From assembly GCA_965649765.1 (NCBI GenBank), contig OZ287756.1, positions 63,860,001 to 63,924,000 on the forward strand: a DNA stretch of 64,000 nt, given 5' to 3'. The stretch is from Bispira polyomma. Its lineage: Eukaryota. Both the position numbers and the translations under genes were made by a program. The notes below the pieces were generated by a model, which saw only the letters and a list, made by a program, of their open reading frames with translations, did no database searches and was not told the origin of the DNA. Positions 14,320 through 25,737 of this stretch are shown here, in pieces. Every line of letters starts with the position of its first letter. Position 1 is the first letter of the stretch.

Positions 14320-16270
14320 GAGACAGCGCCGCAGGGACCAGTCTTAGAAGTGGTCACAGACCTTTACACCCCATCAGGGCTCTGACATCAGCAACCAGCT
14401 GATGGAACACCTGGGCCAAATACAAAGCTGTCCAGTTTTGTGGTCGATACACATAAGCCTGAGAAGCCACAATCCAACAGGGCAGTGTTTTTTCGGTATC
14501 TGACTGGTGAGTTGTTGGATGTAGAAGATTTTCAGACATTTACGAATGAGACATTTTCCATACTCAGCAAGATACAGCGTAACAGAAGTCATCCATGTAG
14601 TACTTTACCAGAACCACACTCAGTTTAACACAGTCTATTTCATATTGGGTTGCAATCTGCTATGTGTCAATGGTGGGCCCCAAAATATTACATGTATGGG
14701 TGTTAGGTTCGAACCTTATGAAGTGTCTTTTGTGAGATGTGATTGGGTTAGGAAGTGAGTAGTATTAACAAACAGCTTTGTAATTGTTCTTGAAATATTT
14801 GGGTGGTTCTGAAAAGGACCTTTTTAGGTTACAGCTACATCCCAGTCTAGGAGTGGCTTCTCATCAGGCTCAGGTTGTTAGGCTCAGACTCGGGTCTTCA
14901 TACTCTATCATTGTGCCACGGAACTGTTCCTTCATTCATGATGTAGTCCATCAAAGTATCCCTTCGCTCTTTCACCGGTCCAGATGGATTTCTGTTTTAA
15001 TTGGGCTATGGACCCCAATCAGCTGCTTCTCAGGGTCAGGCAGATCATCTTGTGGATTTGGTTGCTCCAGTGCTTGATTCCACAGCGGCTTCTTGAAATG
15101 TTGTGAAACATAACACATGTTAACATAGTGTTTAAGGCAACTGGAGGATGTTGTTGCATAGTTGTCAGTAGAACCCTTAACCTGCTGACCAATATTCCAA
15201 AGGCATTCTCAACGACCTTGGATATTCTGTTGTTGCATATCATTTGATTGTTAGTGAGTGCACGCCTGGAATAAAGTTTCATCAACCATGGGTTCAGGAT
15301 GAAGGCGTCATCACCAGGAGGAAGCAGTTGACATCATGTCTGAACCTTCAAGTAGTGGTTCAGGTCTGCACAACTGGATGAAACCATCCTCCAACCTTTG
15401 TTTCAGTTCTGAATGGTTAAAAATTGGTTTTTAACCAGGGCTAATAGCACAATTGAGTGAAAACCTTGGTAGTGTTAAAATTCACTTTGGAGGTTTCTTG
15501 ATGGCTACATGATTTTCGTCAATGAAGCCCACAGCGTGAAGGATGTCCCAGCTGTTTCTGTATACTTCCATGTGGGTGGGGTAGGGCAGGAGAGAGTTTC
15601 TGCGTCATATTTTTGACTAGTAGCCTTGCAAATCTCTGGGACAAACTTGGTTATTATTGATTTCCCCACCCTGAATTGGTACGCCAAGGAACTGTAACTG
15701 TCAGTTTGAGTCCCACATTCAAGGGTTTTCTGAAAAAGGTTGTGGTTTTTTCACATGGGGTGTGGTCCTCTCCTTGATTTTCAGGAATAGATCTGAAGGC
15801 AACCCAAAGAAGTTCCTGTATGCAGGTCCACCCCCATCCCTTTATTGCAGCATTAAGGTGCTGTGATATCCAAATGTCTCTCTACTGCCCATCCAGGGCC
15901 TGACCCAGTGGAGGGGTGACGTTATTGGAAGCTGGACCTTCTCCAGCAGGCCTCAGGGGCAGGTGGTGGTTTTGGGTTTAGTTCCTCTTGTCTTACGTAA
16001 GCCTGAGCCAGAGCCTGAGTCTTAAAGCTTAAAAGGCTATACATAGCATCAGATGGTGTCGGCATAGCAATCCAGACCTTGATTTTTAGAGGTTCTATCC
16101 CGAAGGTCGGGGGTCCAGATCGGTCAGATCTTCTTGCTTATGTGGTCGATCCTGGGGTGATACGTCAGATCCTATCGCCAATATGTTTGATCCCAACCAA
16201 GTTGAAAAGGTCAGGGGACGTTTGGGTTCAAAGTTGTACAACCTTGAAGGTCGATCGGGTTTGATGTCAA
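14320..16270 (-). mobile_element. Degraded PIF/Harbinger DNA transposon (transposase on -, probable partner-gene C-terminus on +)
   Basis: Minus-strand fragments WVRPW, YQFRVGKSIITKFVPEICKA, VVENAFGILVSRLRVL, LTCVMFHN; convergent plus-strand RAVFFRYLTGELLDVEDFQTFTNETF (14440-14628). Confidence 0.8.
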
Positions 16271-16969
16271 GTCAAAACAGGACGAAAGATCAAAAATTGA
16301 AACAAATTGATTTTTACAAAAATTGAAATAAATTGAATTTTTGTAGACCCAGCACTTTAATAAGTATAATAAATAATAGCAAGTGTCACATCATACTAGA
16401 ACAGTATTGTGTTATCAAGGTTCAGCAGTAGTTTGTGTTGTAATAGATATTTTAGTATTAATAGCATGCCCACTATGAATTCTGGAAAAATGGTCGCCCC
16501 TAGTAAATTATATAATTTCAGCTAGATTGTTTTAAATATAGATCATTTGCGATAGTATACATGCTTTAAATGCAATAATTGTAAGAATTCACCATAACAC
16601 TGCAAATACCCTTCTCTGTGTACTGTCTTAGACAATAATATCCCCATATATATGATTGTGTGTCCGGAAAGGGCTAGCTAGGTCAGTGCTCCCAGTCTTT
16701 TTTGTAAAACTATTCTTGTCTGGTTGACCTCTTCTCTAATTCATTGAAGATGCACTAATTAACCACAAGTTTTCCGCTAATTGTGCGGATCTCTCATTAC
16801 AAACAAATTTGTCTAAGAGGCAGTGCCACCATCTTAAATATTTGATCCCATCCAACTCCCCTACTTCCGCTGTGGTTTTAGCTATGCATATTCTGAGGAG
16901 CCATGTGCAGACAGAGTGGCCCATGATGTCTCACTTAACACCATTGCACAGGGGGGTGAGGGGGTTGTA

Positions 16970-17108
16970 AGTCCTTGAAAGGCGTTGGTGGTGAGTCCTT
17001 GAAAGGTGCTGCTGGTGAGTCATTGAAAGGTTCTGGTGGTGAGTCTTTGAAAGGTGCTGGTGGTGAGTCCCTGAAAGGTCATGGTAGTGAGTTTTTGAAA
17101 GGTACTGG
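16970..17108. repeat. 24-bp minisatellite, ~5.8 copies (agtccttgaaaggtgctggtggtg)
   Basis: Directly visible tandem units. Confidence 0.9.
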
Positions 17109-17229
17109 CTTTCACCGTTGCATCCTCTTGGGGACCATGATAGGTTCCTCGGTCTTGTCTCTGCCATCCCTACTGGGTAAAAAAAATTTCTAATTTTCCT
17201 TACCTTAATTTACAACTAATAATCAATTC

Positions 17230-20170
17230 TCTGTACATAGTTTAGTACGTAGAAATAAATTTATATATATCCCAACTGCTGTTTTCAATACAAGGTCAAA
17301 TAGTATGACTTACTTACTCAAGGTCAAAACCTTAAAGGCTTAAGACAATACACTGGTACATACACACCCTAATTCTGCAATATCGAAATTTACAATTAAA
17401 GATTTTGCAGGGTCATTGAATTTGCAGCTCTAGTTTGACGAGAGAAAATGGCAGAGTTTTGAATTTGTGTATATGTGTTTCTGTGCATTTAACCTCTATC
17501 TGTGTCTATGACTCAATATTAGCATGCAGCATACTGCCAAAGAAGTGATAGCTCCTGGCTAGGAATCATTATGAAATTATATAACTACTATTCTCTAAGG
17601 TGACTGCTAGGTAGACCCAACGGGGGTAGTGAGTTCAGTGCAGACTTTAAACTCTTTTATTAAAATCATTCTGTTTCTTTGAACTTTTCGTTTATTGGAT
17701 GGCAGTTGGCCTAGATTCTATAGCAATTCCCGCCAAAAGCCATAGAACCTCACTTCAAATTGAGAAATTGAAAGGGCAGAACGCCATTTTATAAACTTTT
17801 AGATTTTCTTCATCCCCCACTAGGGCTTCAACTCAATGATTACTATATTGATACATGCCTGCCATTTGGCTATCGCCACGGCAGTGCTATATTTCAAAGA
17901 CTCAGTGACGCAATTTGATTTATGATGATGTCACAAGGTTATGACGTTGTAAATTACATAGATGACGGCATTAGTTATGGTCTTCCTGATACAACTGGTG
18001 ACTCATTTGAAAAATTGAAAGAACTTTTCCAAAAATTAGGCTTTGCTATCAGTCAGAAAAAAGTGGTTCCACCTAGCACTAAAGTAGTCTGTCTTGGGGT
18101 TTTAGTGAACACAGAGGACTTTACTGTCTCCATACCGGACAATGAACTCGCTGAGATAAAAGAGATATGTCTCTCGTGGACTAACAAAAAAGTGTGCACC
18201 AGAAGACAGCTTTAATCACTACTGGGCTCATTATTATATATTTCGAAATGTGTGAGAACTTCACGAACTTATCTTAATAGAATGTTAGACACCCTGAGGG
18301 GTTCACAAAATGCTCAAGAAATTAAGCTTGATATAACATTTCATCAGGACCTTAGTTGGTTCAATACTTTTCTTACAAGTTTTAATGGTATGGCTTTCTT
18401 TGAACACAAACCAGTCAAAGAACAAGTTCACCTAGATGCATGTCTGCAAGGCCTGGGTGCCTGCAGCAACAATGAAGTCTATACCAAAGAAATTCCACTT
18501 GGCTATCGAAATTATACCATACTCCATCTCAAAATGGTTAATATACTAGTCGCAATCAGAGTTTGGAAAAATAAATGGGCTGGACGCAAATTGCTAATAC
18601 ACTGTGATTATCAAGCAGTTGTATCTATTCTAAAAAGCAGACAAAGAATTAAGAACTGTACACATCTTAGGCAAAAGAAATGTCACAGCAGACTTACTCT
18701 CCAGGTGGGCTATCACCCCTAATGATGAAGAAAAATTAAAGGGCCTTATGCAAAATCCTACTTGGATACAGGTCAGTGATGACCTTCTAGAAATAAATTG
18801 GTCAGTCTAGATTTAAATTTTTTCAGGCTCTCCAACCTGGGTGTCAAAGCTTGCAGAAAGAGCAGCCAATAGAGCACATCAGGCATTTCGTCCTTCTACA
18901 TATAAAGCATACACAGCCATGTTCAGAGTATTCTTAGCTTACTGCTGTTTTGCCAATATCTCAGTTTACAACATTACACCCACTTCACTCCTTGCCTTCT
19001 TGGAAGTACTAGTAGTGAACAATATTTCACATATTTCAGTATCAAATTACCTCGCTGCCATTAAGGCCAGCATGTCATTGTATGGGCTCCAGATTACAGC
19101 CTTTGCAGACCAGAGAATAAAATATTTTCAAAAAGCCCTGGTACTACAGAAACTATTTAAAGCCAAAATAAATGGCATTATTGATATTGATCTACTGCAA
19201 AATATTGCCCTTATCCGCGACTCCATGTATATGGGACAAATTTATAAAGCAGCTTATCTGCTTGGATTTTTCTCTTTCCTCAGAATTTCTAACTTTGTTC
19301 CACACTCACAAGCTACTTACTCACCACTGCACCAGTTAGCTAAGGCTAACGTTATTTTTGACCCTCCAGGTGCCCACATCATCATAAAATGGACAAAAAC
19401 TTTACAAGCTAGAAACACAATAAAGGTCATTAAAATTCCTAAAATAAAATTATTTGCCCGGTAACAGCTCTAAAAAATTTGCTGGCAATTACGCCTGGCC
19501 ATAACAATACTCCTTTGTTCCAAATTAAAAGTAATTCTTAATGGATCACCCTTACTGACACCAAAATATGCAGAAATCTTAAGGACATCTTGAATAGACT
19601 AAATAAATCACAAGCTAATATCACCTTCCATACTTTTAGGCGTTCTGAGGCGACAATGACCTTTAATGCCCATGTGCCCCTCCAAGACATTCAAAGTCAG
19701 GGCATCTGGTCATGTTAGTGTGTTTGGAGATATATCACTCAGGACCATGCCGCCTCTGACCAGGTAGCCCTAGCTCTTCAATCCCTGCTCAACCCTAGTC
19801 CTACTTCCTAGTTGGGCCTCCTTGGTGGTTATTGTCTTTTTACTATCATTTATATGCTATTATTTTTAAACTTTATTATATGCTTAAGGCCACCTTATAG
19901 GATAAACATTTGGTAACTTTAACTAGACTAAGGCCAGCAGAAATTGTGTAACTTGTTAAGGTTACCTTAAATTTTGGTCAACTTAAACTTTAACTTATGT
20001 TAACCTTAAACTATTAGTTGAAAATTCTTTTAAGGTGGCCTCAATTATTTCCAAAAAATAAATTTTAACCAATTGTAACTGTATGTGTAGTAATAGATTA
20101 AATATATATATCCCAACTGCTAGTCTTTCTTACAAGGTCAACTTTTAAAACTCAAAGTCAGGGCACTGTA
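17230..20170 (+). mobile_element. Internally deleted Ngaro-like YR retrotransposon (family B)
   Basis: RT remnant YYIDTCLPFGYRHG...YIDD (from ~17840), RNase H (HLDACLQGLG), YR 18827-19810 (FLRISN, HTFRRS). No methyltransferase between RNase H and YR; gag missing. Boundaries approximate. Confidence 0.88.
18841..19810 (+). pseudogene. Tyrosine recombinase of the family B element (frameshifted)
   Basis: ORF 18841-19464 plus out-of-frame continuation with HTFRRS and the VWRY tyrosine region. Confidence 0.85.
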
Positions 20171-20653
20171 TCACATTCTTCTTTCACATTTCTGACAGAG
20201 CCACTGACCTGCTGTAAAACATTAAGCTGGTTATATGAGAGTCTTGTATTTAGGGAGTGCAAACAATGCTAAAGTTGTTGTTTGGTGTTTTCAAAAGTTC
20301 TTGAGAATTTATAACTGAATCTTACAACTGAATATTGTTGTGTAATATTATGTAATACTTAAGAATCAGTGGAAGAAGTACTTGACATGGACATACTGCA
20401 TTTGTTTACTGTTATGTTGTAACCATCAGAAAAGTTTCCAATAGCATCGGAATTGTGTTTGTTGCAATGCAGGGGCCTATCAACAACCTTCCTCCTAGAA
20501 ATAACAGTACTCTGTGGCTGTTCCATTACAGTGATAATATCCCTGATTAATTGTAACTGACTCAATAGTGAATTTTATTGAACATTATTTATAGTTTGTT
20601 TGACACTATAATCTTGACTTTTAACATTTTTGGCAGAACATAAATTTATTTAA

Positions 20654-21516
20654 GGGTTTAGTAACGTAAAGACACATATACGTCCCCGATAAATCATACT
20701 GCATTTGTGCTAGTTCATTTTCACCTATGTACAGACTAAAGTAGCTTTAAAATGCTTCTCTAGTGATGTTTTAAACTATTTTTGGTATGCCCACATAATT
20801 TAAAACATAAGTGGTTTGCCATAAAGTGATTAAACACCCATACCACGACTTTTGTATTGTGACGTCACACAATTTGAAATCCATGTAGGAACGTCATATT
20901 TATAAACAATTCTCGCAGTGAAGCCTTTCTATTGTGACACAATACTAATACTTGATCCAACACATTTGCAGACATTATATATACTAAACAACTTCAGAAA
21001 ACATGTATATATATATATATGTATATATGTTTCCTTATTTTTTATAAACAAAGAATATGAAAAAATCTTTCTGTTTGGAAGAGTGTAACTTAAATGTTTT
21101 TTTTAAAAATTATTCCCGTTTTTGTGCTTTTTTTGAAAAAATAATTCATTTAAAATAATGCTGATGTTTTCTATTCATGTATAATAATTTAGTATTGATC
21201 CCTTCTTGGTATGTGAATTGTGTCACGTTTGTGAAGCATGTAATTTAAAGATATTACCCATTTTAGTTACAATTTTACACACTGCTATATGCAGTGTATG
21301 AATCGATACCTATTAAAATGACAAATAAAATATATGAATTAATATATAATTAAATTATATGTCATTCTTTCTTATTTCTACTCATAAAAATGTAAATATG
21401 TTATCCATAAATCGAGTTTAAGACCACAAAAGAAAAGTTGTGCAGTTTCTGAAAAGCTGGAGCACACATAACGTGGTTCAGCGGTGATCGTTTTTTGTGT
21501 TTACGTCACTAAAGCC
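20654..21516. mobile_element. Non-autonomous TTAA-specific DNA transposon (Kolobok-like MITE)
   Basis: TTAA at 20650-20653 and 21517-21520; imperfect TIR gggtttagtaacgtaaagacaca / tgtgtttacgtcactaaagcc. Confidence 0.7.
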
Positions 21517-21596
21517 TTAAGAAATTGTGTTTAGAATACAGAGCGACTTTATTTGGTAGTAGGCTTTGTAACATTACTTGTACTGTTGAGCCTTAA

Positions 21597-22122
21597 ATTT
21601 GTTTGCTACGATTTTTTCCCCGAAAAAATTAATTTTAATATATTTTTATGAAAATTGCAGAAAATGTGCTTTGTTAAATTGTCTATTGGGAATTATGTGT
21701 CACTTTGCCCTTTTATAAGTCACTCTCAAATATAAATATAAGTTATTGGGCCCTAAAAATCTGAACAAACTGAGTTTCTAAAATATTTTGCGCGGTGGCC
21801 CCCTGTTTTTTGCTCATATTTAGTTACAGTTTGTAATTTACTACAACTGGGGAGAAAAAAATAAATTCTGTGGGTTGAAATTTAAAAAAATTGAAAATGT
21901 AAAGTACCTTTTTATGGATTTTTTTCTTCCCAAAACAGGCTTGTTCATTGAAACCATTTAGCAAATAAATGGAAATACATACCATATTCAAAGCTCTGTA
22001 GGTTTCGATAGAGCCTGATGTGACATAGTGTTTTTGATATATTTGTTCAACACATTGATCAAGCTTTTCACAAATTGTTTTTTTGAAAATCTGTTTGATA
22101 GAACAAATGGTAGCGAACAACC
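21597..22122. mobile_element. Second TTAA-flanked MITE (Kolobok-like)
   Basis: TTAA at 21593-21596 and 22123-22126; imperfect TIR atttgtttgctacgattt / aaatggtagcgaacaacc. Confidence 0.55.
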
Positions 22123-22369
22123 TTAATTAAGTGTCAAAGCTATCTTAGCTATCAATTTTGTCAGAATCTAATCAAAGATTTAAACTTTAGTAGGATCTAA
22201 GGCATATTTATCGTAACGTTTTTGTTTCTAATGAGATACCAAAACAAATATGTAGCTAGGAAAGAAGCGAAAGGCTTGGCAAATAAATATATCTTTAATT
22301 TCTTCTAAAATATGACAAGGTATAAGTAACATATTTTTTTTGCAGCAGACAATCTCTTGAAGTTAAACG

Positions 22370-22565
22370 ACCTAACAATGGGTTCTTAGAGTAGTCCAGT
22401 CTACTGCTAACAAGTCTGTAAACCCCCTTGGTAGCATTAATCCTGGATACATGCTTTTTAATCATTCTAATAGCCCTGATTTTGTCATAACATCATCTGC
22501 CTATAGCTTTAACATGTTTAGTGAAGGAAAAGTCAAATAGAACACCCGGATTTCTCACAACATTT
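22370..22565 (-). mobile_element. L2 LINE RT C-terminal fragment; a second L2 fragment lies at ~23700-23850 (-)
   Basis: VRNPGVLFDFSFTKHV...SRLDY; second fragment VTPYLKKLHLLPINYRIMFK. Confidence 0.65.
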
Positions 22566-23367
22566 ATTGGCGGCCCAGTCCATAAAACCAAGTGATGTGG
22601 ATTGTGAGGACATATGTAAAACCACTTTTTACAATAAAAACAACTTTATTTAAAACATTGGTTTTTGGGCAGACACTAACAATTACAATACATCAACGTT
22701 AGCACTACTGTAGTGGGTTAGTTAGAACACTTTTTACATAAATTTGCGGACAACTTTAGGTTACCTTATCTTAAGCCTAATTTCTTAAAGGCTACCATAC
22801 CCTGTACTTAAGCCTATCTGCAACCTGAACTAGAGGTGAGCTATGCTTCTACCCCATTATAAAGTAGGTAAGCTGAACCTAAGCTAGGAAGCCCAAAATA
22901 AATAAAGATGAGTATACTACTTAGGAAACTAACTATGAAGTGTACCTAGACTTGCCTACCCTTAAAACATTTAACGTTACAACTATTCAATTCTTGCATT
23001 TTAAATCCCTATATGGGATATTTGTTTAACCTAAAGTTCCAGTGCCGTGAAAGGCTTACAATTTTAAAGTTGTACTAAAAACCTCTAATTTCTATCAACA
23101 AACTCCCAGATTGCGTAAATATGGGGCCTTATATAGACAGTAAATTTTGCGGGAACTCTGCAGACAGTTCAATCAACCGAAGATCTCACAGCCCATGCAC
23201 AAGACAGTTCAGCTCACAGCTCACAGTGTTTAATATGATTACCTTGGACAAATGAATGAACTAGCCTAGTACCTAGCCTTACTTAAGCTGTAACTTTTAT
23301 TCCTATATGTACTGACCTATATTGCTATTACATACCCATATATTTTCAGAGAAGGCTCTAAATCCAG

Positions 23368-23609
23368 GGCCCGTATTCTCGAATGTATACTCAGCTTAAA
23401 CTCATACTCAACTCAAATCTGGATTCTCTATAACTTGGGATACGGTAAATATATCTAAAATCTGACTTGATATTTGAATTCAGGGTTAAAAGCTCTATTA
23501 AAATGAATGGTCACAAGTATAGGTTACTTCCATGTACAATGATTTCCACATGGCCTATATTTGAGTTGAGTATGAGTTTAAGCTGAGTATACGTTCGAGA
23601 ATACGGGCC
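23368..23609. mobile_element. Intact 242-bp MITE with ~50-bp TIRs and CAG target-site duplication (TSD), PIF/Harbinger-type CWG target
   Basis: ggcccgtattctcgaatgtatactcagcttaaactcatactcaactcaaat ... atttgagttgagtatgagtttaagctgagtatacgttcgagaatacgggcc; cag at 23365-23367 and 23610-23612. Confidence 0.9.
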
Positions 23610-24129
23610 CAGCTCTCTCAGGTTTTACAGAGGAAACAGAAAGTTGCTTTTCCCTTTCAAAGGTTGCTGAAGGAAAGACGAGTAGCAAGCTAGTAAGGGT
23701 GTCGAGAGAAATCAGCTATAAAGGTGGTTATGTGCACTTTAAACATGATTCGATAATTAATAGGAAGCAAGTGTAGTTTTTTGAGGTATGGAGTGACATC
23801 AGTAAGGATTCCCAAACGAAATCTGACTCTACATAAATAGTTTAAAATGGACAGCAACTTGTTTGTTTGGGACTTGTTATTTCCAAATAGAAGAAATGGT
23901 AGTCAAAAGAGCTACAAACAAGAGCATTCGTCACAGTGATAGCAGCATCTAGTGACAGATAATTTTTTATTCTTTTGATATCATAACTGTGATAGTAACA
24001 GGAGCGGCAAATGTTGTCCAAAGCCCAATTGACTGTAATACATCAATTCCAAGCAGTAAACTATCCAATGGTACTCTTTCCAGTCTTTAAGCTGCTAGTA
24101 AAAAACTTGAAAGCCACTTGCTTAAGAGT

Positions 24130-24563
24130 AGCAAACCAGATAAAAAATTTGTACCAGATTAGGCAGGTGCAAATACTACCCACTCATCAACCAGATAAGA
24201 GAAGCATACTCTGACATGACTAAATCTAAAAACCCAGTCGTTAATTTACCCAAACACATCACCTGTGAAATTAATAACATTATTTATTTCAAACACTGTA
24301 AAAAATGTGATAAAAATTATGTGGGTGAGACTGGATGAGAATTTAGAAAAAGAATGTATGAACATAGATTCTCAACTAGGAACACACCTGTTTCTAGACA
24401 TTTCACTTCAGATAATCACAATCACAGTCACATGAAATTTAGTGTGTTAGAATGGTGCAAACCAAAATTTAAGAATCATGAGACTAAACGCAGGAAGTTG
24501 GAACTCTTATGGATCTTTAAATTACACTGTTCAACACTATTAGGAATCAATCAATATGTCTAG
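24130..24563 (+). mobile_element. Penelope-like element GIY-YIG endonuclease fragment
   Basis: ITCEINNIIY..CKKCDKNYVGETG*EFRKRMYEH...PVSRHF..NH...RRKLELLWIFKL...GIN. Confidence 0.8.
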
Positions 24564-25737
24564 ACATGGGTGTATTCTGCTACCTATAGCACTCAGGGAA
24601 GCCCTTACATATACAAAGTATAGATATGGTGTATATTATCTATGATGATTATTTTTTAACTATGTTTCCACCGTTCAATTTGTAATATATTAGTTCATGA
24701 CATTACTTACATGTTAATATAATGTTAAAAAAAATATTTAAAAATCGTTAGAATTGAACGTAAAATGCATAAAACTGTACTTTAGTTGTTATTCGTGCCC
24801 CTTTATTGAAGATCTTTTGATGATCAATCAAGTTGCGTGATAGTTTTATTTTACCATTAAAAAACCATATTTCCACAAAAAGTGCCATCAATTTTAAATA
24901 ATATGTTATTGTAATTTTCACATGTAGCTCACATTTGAGAGCTGCTAATTTACATTATCTGTAAGTAATTTATCAGCTGCATTAAAGTATTGTGGCACTT
25001 TCAGTGAGCTATTATTATTCAATCTCGAAACACTTCACCAATACTATGTTTGCTTACATTGACTTCCAGTTCTCTTACAGAATGATCTGAATTGTTACTA
25101 GGTTAAGTTTACCTATACCTAATCATCCTTGTTCTATGAGACATCTTTTCATCCAAGAATATCTTTGTATATTTGAATGAAGAAATGTCTAGATATGGGT
25201 GACTCCTAATGCATTTATCATAATTTTGGATCATGCGTTAGATTGTAAAAATCTTCTACAGTTATAGCTGTCTTGCTTTTGTAACTACAAAGGTAAAATG
25301 TCTACAAATCATTTAATAGCCTGTGGGTTGAGAGGGTAACCCATTAAAATTCATTGATCATCAGAAAAAAGTACATTTTTTTGTTCACCTAATATCGAAA
25401 TAATTTTTTAGCACACAAGTATTGAACTAAAAACTATATAAGATATATATGAGGCATATTAATCAAGTTTTGACAATTGTGTTTATGTTACTGTGGCCAT
25501 AGTTTACAGCTTCATATATATATCACTGTGATACTGTTTATTAAGTATGTTGAATATACTTTGATTATAGAAGAAATTTCTGTATTTTTTTGCATTACAA
25601 ATGGACTAAAAGTTTGCCCTTTTTAAAGATGATGATTCAATCTAATTTGAATAAACCTCAGAGAAAATTTTTTTGATCACGAAAATTGACTTATTTTCAG
25701 TTAATAATCAATATATTAAAATGCCAGAACCTTAAAC

